Origin: Callorhinchus milii
Taxonomy: Eukaryota
Length of the DNA: 64,000 bases
Assembly: GCF_018977255.1 (NCBI RefSeq)
Contig: NW_024704742.1
Span: 80,912,001 to 80,976,000, forward strand
Direction: 5' to 3'
Position numbers and translations under genes: made by a program. Under the pieces are notes generated by a model. It made no database searches, was not told the DNA's origin, and saw only the letters and a program-made list of their open reading frames with translations. Of the stretch, positions 23,938 to 37,800 are shown in pieces (position 1 is the stretch's first letter; each line of letters begins with the position of its first letter).

Positions 23938-25589
23938 CTGCATTTGATATACCATCTATAACTACACAGGATTTCAAAGCACTTTGTGGTACTTTGTCAA
24001 AAGTCTGTGTATTTTATAGATAAACACAGCAGCCAATTTGTGCACAGCAATCTACCACAAACAGTCATGAAGTGAATTCATTTGGAGAATTTTAGACCAA
24101 GAGACTCCCTTCTACAAAGTGCCATGGGATCTTCAAAATTCATAGGTAGACAGATGTCAGTTTAACGTCTCATCTGAAGAATTCTCTGAGGTGAATCTAA
24201 TCAAAGAGGTTTCAATGTCTTTAACTAGGGAAAGTTTTATAATTTCCATCCTAACCTTGAGATCAGACAACCAACAAATTGCTCCAGGGATTTACTTAGG
24301 GCTAATTTACATTTTATAGGCTAACTTTTAAACTGGTGTTTTTGTTCAGTTTTGGTTCCAGAAACTATCCTGGACAGCAATGTTCAGTAGTGCAGATAAG
24401 TGATTGCGATTAGATTTAGAAAGAATCATTCCAAGATATAGTAAATGATAATAAACCTTTCATTTGATACAGCACCTTATTACATTGTGGTAATGTCTCA
24501 AAATGCTTCACAAGATTTACAATGAGGTGAGTTGACTGTATATTTGCAGACAAAAGTCTGCCTGCTAACAGGTTAAATATTCACAAAGTTTCTCAAACCT
24601 CTGAAGTAGCTAAAATAAGAATCTCGCTAAAACCGGTTCACATAATACATCGAAACAGTGAGTGAATCACAGCTCTTTACAAATACAAGAATGTAAGCAA
24701 TCCCCAGGTATCTTGTTGAAAAAACATTAGCACTGCACAATACAATTTATATTTAGATAACACTTTTCATGTTGGGAGGTTGTCCCAAAATGCTTAACAC
24801 TGCTGGTTGGGTATCCAAGCAGGGGGCTAAGGAAAATTGACCAAAGTGTAAGAAAGAGATACACCTTGAGATGAGACTTTAAAAGCAGGAATATGCTCTT
24901 TTTACACTCTTACACTGATGAAAACAAGAATTTGGCTGCAACTACACAGCCACTACAATTCGCAGTAAATATCCTGTGAATCACATTGTCAGGCTCCTGA
25001 CAATGTGAAAAGCCACTGTAACAAATACAATAATTATTACTATTATTCAATCTGAAAAGGATCAATAAATGTGGGGTTTCTGCAACTGTAAAAATAGAAA
25101 TTTGTATTCAATGGGAAATCCAGAGAGAATCACTGGCATCAAAGAATCTTGACACAGAAAACAAGTGATGCTTAAATAAAATTACAAACTAGTCTCAGAG
25201 CTGATCAAATGCCTTTATCATATCAAGGCTAAACAAGACTGTTTAAAAAATCTATCAACCAAACAAGGGATTAATTAGCTGTTTCCAGTAATACACAATG
25301 GGAAAATTAGGATTCTGCCTCTTGAACAGGTCTTTTTTTTCTCAATCAGGCAGGTGTCTGACACAGAAACCCATTACTGTGCTTGGGATCCAAACTTTTA
25401 CAGTTCCTTGTATACATGAAAATGTCCATTTTTCTGAATTGAAGTGCACACTGTCTCCCCAAAGGAAATACTCTGCTCACCTAATCCAAGAAAGTATGAG
25501 GCAAGCGCTGAGTTTGCTCAAAGGTGATACGTTTGGGATCGCCTTGGAACGTCCTCCTGACGTGAAAGGCGCTATACAAAGGTAATCTT

Positions 25590-25910
25590 AATAATAATAA
25601 AAATAATAATCCTTGCATTTGATACAGCGCTTTTCACGTCTTCTAGACGTCTCAAAGCACTTCACAGAATATGCTGTGAAGTGAATTGACTGTATATTTG
25701 TGGGCAAAACGCAGCTGCCAATTGCACACAGCAATGTCCCACAAACAGTCGTGGATTGAAAATAACCAATTTATTTTTGTTTTGTTTTGGAGGGATTATT
25801 ATGAGGCATGTGGAGTAAGGAAACTTGCCCAAGGTTTCGCTCTGCCTGGAATTGAACCCAGGTGTCTCGCTTGCAAAGCGAGTGCTCTAACCACTGAGCT
25901 ACAGGACTCC
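25590..25910 (-). mobile_element. tRNA-derived SINE
   Basis: Full head, body and (tta)n tail on the minus strand. Confidence 0.88.
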
Positions 25911-26819
25911 ACAAAACTCCATGTTGTTGTTGTTGTTGTTTGGCAACGGAACGTCAGAATCGAGCAAACCCTCTGTGGTGGTCTCAGTAACCCAGTTTGT
26001 GAGCCTGGCAGGTCCGCAGTGCTTCAAGGAGGCACTGCTGCTGACTGAACAGCCAGCCTGGCTCATTGGCAGAACTTGGCAGAGCCTGGGATGGAGACTC
26101 TTCCTACTCACTACGCTAACCCTGCAAACCAAAGCCCTAATGGGTAGGGGGGCCCATGCTGGACAAGCAGTGTCTCTTTTCAAATAATGCCGTGGGATCT
26201 TTAGCATGCACCTGAACAGGAAGAGAGGACCTCAAATTACACTGCACTGAATGAAGTGTCAGTTTGGACTATGAACTCAAAGTACTGATATTGGTCATTT
26301 GTTGTTTGTTAACCTTGATACTTCAAGAACAAAATTAAAGAATGATACACTTCAGACATGTGCCTAGTTTTTGTCCAACAGAAGATAGATCCTGCATTAG
26401 TACTGTAAACTCCAGCATTGAAATTTAATCAACCATCCAAAAATATTGACCTCCAATATTTTTAGTGCTTGATCTCTGTAAAATTCTCATTGATCTAACC
26501 CTGGAAGAAACATATCTTGATTTGATGAATGTAACATTTGATTAGATGCTAAATTGAGTTTCCACCAAATATTGATCACTGATGCTCCAAAGGAGCAATG
26601 GACTGATGATGTTTAATAAAAATGTAATTGAAAAATATATTATTAAAGATCTGCTTCCAAAAGACTTTTCAAAATCTCAGCTCTAAACATTGTAATTTTA
26701 CAGATACAATAGGTCTGAGTCTCCAATAAAGTATTGAAATTGTACATATTTTAAGTGAATAAATAAATCACGGCAGATCCTATTTCAGTCATTTTACTTG
26801 CTCTTTTACTGAGCAATTA

Positions 26820-27150
26820 ATTATAATAATCCTTGCATTTGATATAGCACCTTATCACGTCTTCGAATCGCTTCTCCGAATATACTGTAAAGTGAATTGA
26901 CTGTTTATTTTGTGGGTGAAATGCGGCAGCCAATTGTGCACAGCAGTGTCCCACAAACAGTTGTGGATTGAGTGACCAAATTATAATTTAAAAAAAATTT
27001 TGTAAGGGATTATTACCCCTGGAAAAGCAATCTGCTAATCGACTAACAACTGAGTTCCTACTTGCTGCTGGGTAAACAGAGGCGTGTGGAGTAAGGAAAC
27101 TTGCCCAATATTTCAACCTGCCCAGGAATCAAATCCAGATCCTCTCGCTA
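26820..27150 (-). mobile_element. tRNA-derived SINE, long variant, 5' end incomplete
   Basis: Same body and tail plus the ctgtttacccagcagcaagtagg insert. Confidence 0.82.
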
Positions 27151-27319
27151 GTAACATAGACTCTGGGAACCCAAAGCTTTGAGGATTCACTTTGAGATGG
27201 CAGAAATACAGCATTTAGGTGCCTTCACGTATTTGAGAATCACCATGTCAGAATGATGGGTTGAAGGTTCTAGCCAAATGAGCCCCTGATCTCAAGTTTT
27301 TACATAAAATTGCAGACTG

Positions 27320-27485
27320 CACACTGCCAGATACACACACAAGTGTGCACTCACATATTGCCAAACACACGCGCAGGCACACTGCCGAACACAAACATGC
27401 GCACACATACAAATTCACACAAATGCTTGTACACAATGTCAAGCACAAATATGCACACTTCCTCACACTGCCAAACCCACACTCG
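27320..27485. repeat. Degenerate CA-rich tract
   Basis: Directly visible. Confidence 0.75.
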
Positions 27486-28959
27486 CATCAAACCCCCAAA
27501 ACTGCCATGGTTATACAGTAACATTACTGCAGTGGATCACTGACAAATAAACAAGGTTTTATCTCCAAAAATAACGAAACGTCAATGGTCTTGAGCACAT
27601 ACCTCGTCCATAGCACAGTGTGAAATGTAAGAGATCAGAGCTCAGACTAAATCCTCCAGCAAATACAACACATAACAAAGCAGCTCTTCAGCAACACATG
27701 AGACAAGGCTGTGATAAATATAGTATTTGTCTCATTCCTATACATGGTCAAGCTGCTGTTTCCAGATGTCAGTGCTTTGAGTGTAGCTGCTCTTGTGACA
27801 GAGAGGAGCCACCATCTTTCTGAATAGGCAGCTCATTGCACGGCCAAGCATTTATCTTCTTGGGAATTTATTGGAGCTCAATCAAAGGTTAAAAGAAGGA
27901 CATGTGAAAAAAAAATTTTTTACACCTCAGGCAGCATATTATATGACAGCTAGGTCGCTTTGAACATCAACGAACCAAGGCATTTTTCAGCACCGAAGAA
28001 GGCGATTTGGCCAATCGTGCCTGTGCCGATTCTCTGTATTAAGAGCCGTCTGCCTCGTTTCTCTGCCTTTTCCCCATACCTTTCTCGGGATTTTTCTTTT
28101 CAAGTATTTGTCTAACTGTTTTTGAGCGCCAATGGCACTCTAAAATATGCCCTCATCAAAAACACATACGACAATGCTGGAGAAAATTCTCCAAGCGTGA
28201 GTAAATTTACTGACCTTGGGTGCGTTGAACTAACAATGGGAAAATCCCATAATAAAGATCCCAGCAAAGAATCAAATACTCCCCTGCTCGCATTAGTTTA
28301 ATAAAGATTATTTTTTTTCTTTTTCATGCATCCTGCAAAATACACAGTCACTGCACTTTACAGTAAAATCCTGTGAAGCGCTTCGAGACAACTACCCATC
28401 GTGAAAGTAAATAAAGGATTATTATTATTAATCTGCACCAATTTCTGAGATGTGTAGGTTCTCCACTCCAATCCTAGTTGTTTCTTCAATTGAACCATCT
28501 AGAGAAGAAACTCCCTTTTCCCTGACAGGTGGCAAGGGCAACCCAATGGAAATATACTTTTACGTGTTTTCTCCCTGGGTTTTCTCATCCAATGATGGTG
28601 AGAGGTGGTGGATTTTAATAATAATAATCCTTGTATTTGATACAGCACTTCGTCATGTCATTCAAAACCCCTCAAAGTGCTCTGCAGTGGCTAAGTGATC
28701 AATCCCCCAAATAAAATTGGTTGCTCACCGAAGGGTTCAGGGACTGTATTTGCATGGAATTTGTGCACAGCCAACAGCCATGAGCAAACAACCAATTTTA
28801 TCTGCGGGATTAATCGCTTAGACACTGGGAGAAATTTCCTTTCCTTTTCAGTTGTTGCTATCCATCTTTAACATGTAGATGGATCCTCGGTTTAATGTCT
28901 CAACCGAAAAATGGCTCCTCCAACAATACCATTCACTCTTAGCACAGTGTTGGAGCCTA

Positions 28960-29765
28960 CAACAAACAAAAACAATTTGCACTTATATAGCATCTATATA
29001 GCAGTGTAGCATCTCAGATCGCTTAACAATGGCGGAGCCTGACTCTGAGTCGTGGGGGGCTGGGAGTGGGGTGTGGGACCGTAAGCACGGTCGAAAAGGT
29101 TTTCAGACGGGTCTTGAAAAAGGGGAGATAGGTGGAAAGGCGGAGGGATTCAGGGAGAGTGTTCCAGAATTTTGGGGCATAGTGGCTGAAAGCGCGACCT
29201 CCGATGGTGGGGCGGAGTGTGCGAGGGACGAGCAGGAGGCCGATGGCAGTCGAACGCAGGCACCGGGTGGTGGATTGGGGAGTGAGGACGTCAGAAAGGT
29301 AGGGAGGTGTTAGGCAGTGAAGGGATTTGAACACAAGTGTGAGGATCTTGAAGTCGATCCGTTTGGTGATGGGGAGCCAGTGGAGCCTGACCAGAACAAC
29401 AAGAAGAAGAACTGGTGAGATGTGGGTACGGAGTTTGGTCTGGGTCTGGGTCAGTATGTGGGCGGCAGAGTTTTGAATGAGCTGGATCTTGTGAATGGTG
29501 AAGCTGGGGAGACAGGTGAGGGGTTTGCTGGAGTAATCCAAGCAGGAGGTGACAAATGCATGCATGTGGGTTTTGGATGCATTTGGGGTAAGGGACAGTC
29601 AGAGGTGGGCAATGTGGCAGAAGTGAAGGAAGGTGGTCATGGTCAGGGACCGGATGTGGGGGAGGAAGGACAGCGGGAAATCGAACCGGATGCTGAGATT
29701 GTGCAATGGTTCAGTGAGTCTGAGGGAGAGCCCAGAGAGGTTGAGGAGTTCAGAGCCACAGGAAT
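28960..29765 (-). mobile_element. L2 LINE 3' fragment
   Basis: HAFVTSCLDYS...IQLIQNSAAHIL...LHWLPITKRIDFKIL...GGRAFSHYAPKFWNTLP, typical L2 ORF2 C-terminus, with a ttg-rich tail. Confidence 0.9.
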
Positions 29766-31754
29766 GAAGATGTTGACGGGAAGCGCATAGATGATGAGTT
29801 CAAAAAACATCGGGCTGAAACCCACAATCTTCTGAACAGAAGCCTGAAAGCAGAACCTGTGACTGGAAAATATAAAGGTTCGTCTTTCTCTTTTTGGGTC
29901 TCTTCTGTTTGCTTCCCCTTTCAAAGGCTAACTTGTTATCAACACAAAGCGCAAAATTTGCTGCAGCTTCTAAGCTTGAATATTGACCTGAACGTACCCA
30001 TCTGAGAGGATGGGAATATAAGGAGGATCACTACAGGGCAGACTGTTCTACCCAGTAATACAGCCGTAAAAGTAAAGGAAATATTAGCTACTCCATGGAA
30101 GAGTGGGACATTGGAGATGCATTATGTCTCTTTGTGATGGCATGCCATCTACAGGACAAAAACCCGAGATAGAACATTTCTGCTTTACAATCTCATTGCC
30201 TCAACTACCAGCCTTTCAGCAGAGTGTTTTCAGGCTGCTAACTGTGGGTGACATGCTGCATGTCTTCAGGGCAGGGTCTTGGAGCACTTATCAGTGGCGG
30301 ACTTTGATGCTGTACCTGGAGGACAGAGGAGGTGACTGTAGGCACGGTCAAAGAGGAAGGTCGTCAGATGTATTTTTCTGAAAAGTAAGGAGGGATCAAG
30401 GCAGAGGCTAAACGTGTCAGAGTTTTGGGTTGTTGTGACTGAAAGCACAGCCAACAACGGTGGAGCGAAGGGGACAAGCAATGCAATGGACTGATTTAAT
30501 AATAATAACCCTTGCAGCTCATGAGCTTCAAGAATAATTGGTGCCATTTGTAGGCAAACACAGTAGCCAGTTGTCCAAATCAAGGTTCCATACAGTCATG
30601 AACTGAATTGAGGTTTGAATCTGATTTCTTTGGACATGGGACCACTATATTGAATTGTGTGCTAGAATATACATTATTTAAAATAATCATTGCAATTTGA
30701 TGTTGTGCCACTCATATTGGGAGGATGTCTCAAAGCACTTCACAAGATATACTGTAACTTGTAATGACTGTACCTTGTGGGCAATTGGAATGAAGAGAAA
30801 AATATTTTCTTCCAACAAATATCTCCTTAAAAAACTTTTACCAGTCAATTGATTTTGGGTGGAAATACAATGTTTCATAATAGTTACAAGAATTATCAAA
30901 TGTTTCAGTGAATCTGTTAGGAATCATCAAAACATAAATTGTTTCATATGTTTCTATCTCTATTCTTAAAGGTACTACATCAAATGCAAGGATTATTATT
31001 ATAAACTGAACCCTAATAATGTAAATTATTTTTTGCTTTTGACTGTATTGAACAGAGTTACAGACTCAAGATCATAATCAGAGAAAGGAAAACTAACAGT
31101 TCAGATGTAATTATTTTACACAGAAACAGATGAATATGTGTAATTGACTACCTAGGGAGGCAGTGCATACAGATTCGGTCAACAAATTCAGGAAAGAGAA
31201 TTTGATTTGAAAAATAAAGGATGAAAGTTAATGTTAATGGACAATAGAACGTTGTTTAAGGTAGAACTAGGCAGATACCAAAGATCTTTTCCTGTTTCGT
31301 ATATTCCTATATATGCCCCCCGCCCCCCCCATTAAAGAAATCTGTTCCCAGTATCTTCCCATAACAAAACAGTGAATATTGCACAAGATCCTTAAAGGGG
31401 GTGGAAGTATGATCTTAGCATGTCACTGATGGTACAATGTGTTGTCACACAGTCGAGGTTGCACATTTACAGTAAAGTGGAGCAGGATTGATAGCAGGAT
31501 TGTGAAAAAATTAATCATATGTCCTAGCAGTGTAGGTCAAGGGGTGCATGAACCAATGATGTTGAATGGAGATAATTGAAGGCACTAATTACAAAGGTAA
31601 AATGTGTCTGAGCTGTGGCTGCACTGCTGTGTATCCCATCCTTTACTGTAATAAACGGTTACAAATATAGAAACCTGATTGTCTGCAGATTGTACTAGAG
31701 TGGAGAGAAAATGCAGTGCATCCACTGACTAAAACTGTGTACTTTCCTCTCCCA

Positions 31755-32055
31755 TACATAGAAATGCACATATATACATACATGCATTACACACATACAT
31801 TTACAAATGCACACATCCATACAGACACACACACATTCACATCCATGGGCAAAACCTTGTGCTCCCTTTCCCCCAAACACAGACACACAAAAATACACAT
31901 ACATTTACACATATTAATTTATATACACATACAACACACTTCAGTTGTAGACACACATAGGTATACAACACAAATGCAAACACAAACACAGACAGCCACA
32001 TATGCATGCACACACATACATTTACATACACACACACTCATACATTCAGACACTT
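31755..32055. repeat. Degenerate (CA)/(TA)-rich low-complexity tract
   Basis: Directly visible. Confidence 0.85.
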
Positions 32056-32335
32056 TCATTAAATGAGTCTCTGTACAACCTATGTTTCAGAGCACCCATT
32101 TTTCTTATCATTTTAGCCTCAAGACAGTTGTCTTAAAATTTAAGATTGTGCAGAATTTTTTTTAAAAAAACTTTAAATTGAGTCTTAATTTGAAATCGAG
32201 TTGTCATCAGTTCCATTTAGAAATTGCAAAAACTCAGCTTCTGAATTAAAGGATTTTCCAAAATTCTGCGCAACCATTAATATGAAATGAATTGTCCCTC
32301 GACTCCTTAGCATGAGGAATCGTGAGCTTCAGCAG

Positions 32336-32350
32336 CCAGCAGATGGCAGC
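32336..32350 (+). promoter_or_regulatory. Candidate CTCF site
   Basis: CCAGCAGATGGCAGC matches the core consensus CCASYAGRKGGCRSY at all positions. Confidence 0.5.
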
Positions 32351-33039
32351 AATGTTACAGCTTCTGAACTTTTTAGCTTCATCCAAAAAAGTGCAATACT
32401 CCAGCAGCAATTTGGATCAATGTACTGACACAAAACAGTGGAGCCCCGTTACAACCTGGAAGTTGGGGTCCATAAAATCCCAACCAGCATTCTAATAGGG
32501 GCACAATCGGCGATCGGTGCTTTTGCATTTACTGCTCCTTCGTGCAAAAAGACAGCTGGCTCCATCAGCAAATTACATGTCTGTCCAAGTAGTGTGAAGA
32601 GGTTATTTGACTATGGTAAGGCATCACAGTGGAGACTGATTATGTCCTCAATTAAGGTTGAAGCACATGCACATTTTCAGGAGGTGTCATTGAACAGCGA
32701 TTAGACGCATGAATCCTCCTGAGCCCAGACAGCTGTCACACTAGCAAGTGGCTTTTAACAACCCGCATCGGTGTGGGGAAAGATAATGTCACAGTAGCGG
32801 ATGCTTTTTTGAGGTTGGACTGAGAGTGGAATAGGTAGAGCGGAGGCTCATGTGGAGTATTAACAGCAGCGCAGACAAGTTGGGCTGAATGGCCGTATCA
32901 CTCTATGTAACTCCATTTAGTAAATATATCAGAGATCTATAAGAAACAGAAACGCCAACCACTAAACTTACACAGACTCAAGAACAAAGCAGCAAGAGGA
33001 GGCCATTAAGCCCAACAAACTTGTTCCAAAACTTGAACT

Positions 33040-33390
33040 CACAGACTAGGCTGACATTAGGATGACTGGGGGAGCACTACCACTATTGGAGCTGATGTCC
33101 CTTGGATGAAAGATTAAACCAAAGCCCCGTCTGCCTGTTCAGGTGGACGTAAAAGATCCCATGGCAGTATTTGAAAAATGCCAGGAGTTTCTCCTGGTAT
33201 CCAGGCCAATAATCACCTAAATAAAATTGGTCACTCGCTCCATAGCTGTTTGTGGGACACTGCTGTGTGCAAGTTGGTTATTGCATTTGCCAGCAGTTAC
33301 ACTATCACTACACTTTACAATAAATTGGATGAAGCACTTTGAGACATGTTCCTGATGCGAAAGACGATGCATCAAATGTAAGGATTATTA
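33040..33390 (+). mobile_element. Older Deu-domain SINE (SacSINE1/AmnSINE1-like). Related copies near 2070-2275, 5745-6160, 8200-8545, 11740-12020, 40130-40450, 44300-44735, 48560-48900, 50240-50470, 55900-56160
   Basis: gttcaggtggacgtaaaagatcccatggcagtatttgaa...ggagtttctcctggtatccaggccaat matches the recalled Deu-domain consensus. Confidence 0.72.
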
Positions 33391-33761
33391 GTTTACAGCA
33401 TAGCTCCATATCGAATGCCCAATAAAGGTAAAGGGGCTCAGTTTGATGACGAGGTTAGTCCATTAATCTTATTCTACAACCATAAAATTGGCTCATCCTT
33501 ATAAAAAGACATGAAGAAAATCTAAGCAACTAACCACTGTTAGCACTTTCATTACCAAGAATCATGTCAGCTCAAAAGAAAGAATGGTTCAGACAACACA
33601 CAGGTTAACAATGTCCCCAATGACTAAACCAAAGCTTAAACACAGACATGCTCTGACCTCGAAAGCATGTGGGTATTAACTTTGCATATCACCATGACAA
33701 GCTCTTCCTGTGCTAACCCTTCATAAACAAAACAGCCTGCTTTAAATAACCTGTTAACACC

Positions 33762-33985
33762 TTTGCAACCTGTCCGCTCCCTCCGCTCAGCAGGCTCCAG
33801 CCTGGTCCATGTCCCCCGCCCGGCCCGCCCCACCATCGGCGGTCAGGCCTTCAGCTTCTCTGCTCCCACCCTCTGGAACTCTATCCCACACTCCCTTCGC
33901 CTCAATCCCTCCCTTGCTCCTTCAAGGCACGTCTCAAGACCCTCCTCTTCGATCGTGCCTTCGGCCACCCACCTACCCTCCAGTA
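33762..33985 (+). mobile_element. L2 3' fragment
   Basis: QPVRSLRSAGSSLVHVPR...IGGQAFSFSAPTLWNSIP. Confidence 0.8.
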
Positions 33986-34778
33986 CTATTACTAATAATA
34001 TAATAATAATCCTTACATTTTGATATAGCGCTTTTCACGTCTTCTAGACGTCTCAAAGCGCTTCACAGAATATACTGTAAAGTGAATTGACTGCATATTA
34101 TGCTGGCACTTTGATTGGCACTTTGACCAACCCTAGATAGCTTTTCTTTAAACCATTATCTTTCCTTTGTCAACGTCACATTTAAATGGTATTTTAAGAA
34201 TGGACTTTCTCAGCTGAAAAGATTGACATAGAAAATACACAGCTACTGCAGTTTGCAGTGATACAAGATGCCCTGAGACAAACCTCCCTACACACACACC
34301 AATATGAAAGGTGTCACATCGAACACATGGGTTATTATAAGGTACTAAATGTGGGTAATGCAGCAAAAGTATAGCTGCTACACTCAGTGGATAGGTGACT
34401 TCTGGAAAAAGGCCCAATGCATTGAAAATGAAGAGCAGAAAAGTCAGAAAGAGACTTGTGACTTGCTCCAGGTCACTATTATGTGCTACCAGCTGCCTGA
34501 GGGGAAGCAGCAGGTCATTGGCACATTGACTCAGCTGGGAAGTGACATGTGGTAAAGAACACCTGGGAAGAAAGAGGAAATTAAACACCTAGCAAAATCC
34601 ATGCTTTCAACAGATGTTGGGAGTAAAACTGTGCATTAATTGGTGGCCTAGGGAGTGCATTATGAGCATTATATGCCTCAATTTCCACCCAGTCTTAGCT
34701 TACTGTATGAGCAGAATAAAAACACAAGTACTTTAAATGACTAGAGTACCAATGTTCCATCTGGAGTCACCCACTCAC

Positions 34779-34844
34779 CTCCACGAATATGAAGCATGGG
34801 ATGATGGAGTAACTCCTCTGAATATTGTTCACTTCTGTTGCCAT
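34779..34844 (-). CDS. PLPPR1: PLPPR1 first coding segment, MATEVNNIQRSYSIIPCFIFVE (whole exon 34779-34894, including 50 nt of 5'UTR)
   Basis: Manual translation matches recalled human MAVGNNTQRSYSIIPCFIFVE. Kozak agaATGg, donor GTgagt at 34778, acceptor ttttttgcAG at 34896-34895. Phase 0 joins the 4985 exon in frame. Confidence 0.95.
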
Positions 34845-37800
34845 TCTGATTCATCAGATCACTCTTCCAAGAAAGGTTTAAACGTCTTACAGACCTGCAA
34901 AAAAGAACGTCTATTACTAAATACATTATTTTAGTTCCTTTATACGGATCCAAACTAATTCTAAGTATGATAACCCAAGGGAGAAAAAAAACAATTGTCC
35001 TTGGTACTTTTACAACAAGTATGCCTCCATATCCCACTACTTAATTTGTTATACAACCTTTAGGATAGAGAGGCCTAAGTGGAAATGTAAAGTTTAATTG
35101 TTCAGTCTACAGTGCTTGCATTTTTTTAAGGCACTGAAGATGCAAATTCCAGAAAGCAGGCACCAACAAGGCTGAAAAGAACAAGAGAGTGGATAGGATG
35201 AATCAAATGATGATTAGATGAAGCCAGGTTTGGGTTGTAAAAACTATGGATTACGTGATGCAGAGAAAGCAGAAAAAGTAAGGAATTTGACAATTTGTCA
35301 ACCCTAGTGAGGATCACTTTATATCATTAATCCAGAGACTCAAAATGCAGCAACAAACTGGAACAAAGTGCTACATTTAATGTCTCTTCTGTTCTGAAAT
35401 GTGTCTCCCAATTTCTGGAGGGCTCTTGTGACAACTGATGTTTGATGCACAAATATCTTTATGCCACTACGAGGTTCCAAGCAGACTGTCACATGTGTGC
35501 AATCGGCCATTCAAAATTTATATTTGTAACTTCCACTGACCAAATCATGGCAGTGGAGATCGGGAGATGTGTCTGAATACTGGATAACTTTACTCTTGGT
35601 CCTATTCACAATTTCTGCTGCTGTTATAAGGGTGATAATAATACGTACAATTGCTATAGTGCATTATCAAGTCATTGAGATGTCTCAAAGAGCTTCACAA
35701 GGTTTGTAAGTATGAAAGTCTGAGAGCATTGCAATACTGACACAATGATGTCGAGACAACTATTCATGCCTAGTATATCAATGGATTCAGTGTTCCAGTG
35801 AGTTTTTCATTGTGGAACTGGAACTTGTATGTGAAGAGGCAACGGGTGTTTTGACTCCAATCGGGGTTAGGGGAAAGATTGGCACCGGGACAACCAGCCA
35901 TTTATATTGGGCTTTTCCTTCAGAAGAGAGTTCATCCCCAAAGAAGAATGTAAAATCACCACTGAAATGGAGACAGTGTGATGGTTTTCATTTCAACAAC
36001 AATTTGTTTTGAGGGGGGGTTATTTTGGTCAGCCAGGTGGGTGTCTGACACAAGAGGAAACCCATCACCATGCTTAAGAGCATCCAAACCATCTGAGATT
36101 TCCATGCATTTCACCTACACATGGAAATCACAGAGATAGATTGTTGGAAAGGAATGTGCACTCTCTCCCTGGAGGAATGCATCCTGCTTACCTAATTTTG
36201 GAAATTATTAGGCGCAGGTTGACAAGGGTCAAGGCTTGGGGAGTCCAGAGTGGGCATTGGAGTCTAACCAGCTGAAACCGCATGGCTTGTTATTGATATT
36301 GCTGTTTGGTAAGCTTTCCATCTGCTTGTCCAGCTCGGACCACCCCACCCGTTAGTGCTTTGGCTTGCAGAGTTAACAGTAGCTGAGTGGTTTGACGCCC
36401 TGACCCAAGTGATTGGTCTGCCCTCCCAGGTCCTGTCAATGAGCCAGGCCGGCTGTGCTGTCATCAGCAGTGCCCTGGAATACTGAGGATCCGCCTGGTT
36501 CAGGAACCGGCTTACCGAGACCGCCACAGAGGGTTGACTCCATTCCGTTGCCAAGCATGTCACCTTGGAGCCAGTTCAGCTCCTAGGAGACCCCAGGGCT
36601 CTGCTGATGACAGCGCAGCCAACCTGGCTCATCAGCAGGACGTGGAAGGGCAGACCAGTCACTGTTAATCCCGCAACATTTATGATGCATCCTACACGTC
36701 CAATAATGTCTTGGGACACTTTATTACGGTAAAGGAAATAGAATGAGTGTCCGGGATGATGTGTTTGCCACTTACGATCAGAAAGGGACACAATAAATCA
36801 TGTTTCATCCAAAATTCATTTATCAGTGCTCATTTGTTTTGCTGGTGCTCAAGACCAGTTATCTCTTGTAAATTGAAATTCTGTGGACTATTGCACGCAC
36901 TGCCCAGTAACAGAGTTAAAAGAGTTAAAATGAAGTCTCCACTACCCTCTAAATAAATTGAAAGTGTTCCATATCTATTCCCATCCATTACATACACTCA
37001 AGGTACATGAACTAAATTATTCAAATCCGTGCCTCAGCAAACCGTGGGTATTGTACAAGTCGTAGTAAGAGGTGTGTCTAAGAAAATTCTTTGAGCTCAC
37101 AGCATCCGCTACAGCTTTCCATACCCAAACACATTTGTTATTCTACAAAAAAAAATCAGAAGAAGTGATTTACTGAATGTGAAAACAAAAAAACCTGGAA
37201 GTGTGGAAGCAGGCATTTGTGAATAATTAATCATAGAATCAAGTTAAACTGACTGGGATCCTGAAAGCTAAACACACTTTTTTTNGTCTGCTGAACCTGA
37301 ATTCAAACCCATGTGATACCTTCTTTTATTTTAGGAGCCTGTCTTTGAATCAGAATTTTTTTTTGGTAATTAAATCAGTTAATTGTTTAAATGAGAATCA
37401 CACCCTCCTCCCCTCCTTTATCTATAGACTTAGCAGATATGAGCCAGTCAAATACACCAACAACTAAACGTTCACATGTATAACTCAATAATGTGACTGA
37501 TTAAGCGATTGCTTAATTTAATAACTGCTCTCAACATCAACATTCCCACTGAGCTGGTACCCAGTCACTCACCCTACCTACAGTACAAAACAACAAAATT
37601 ACATTTGAGGAAGAAAATAATTTGTTTAAAAACAATGTTTTCAATAAATAGGATTTGTGTTTCATTGTTCTAAAATCTAGTATTGTTTTCAAAACGGCAG
37701 ATCTTCTGTTAGAAGAGAAGATCTGATACACATGTATTGAGAAAACATGATTTGAATTCATCTTTTAAATCCACGGAGTAACAAAATGCAGGATTGCAGA

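Noticed and set aside
32705..32770. ILLSPDSCHTSKWLLTT resembling the Harbinger transposase motif LLGDxxYxxxxWLLTP
   Set aside because: Too short and missing the key G, Y and P residues; cannot be supported without an HMM search.
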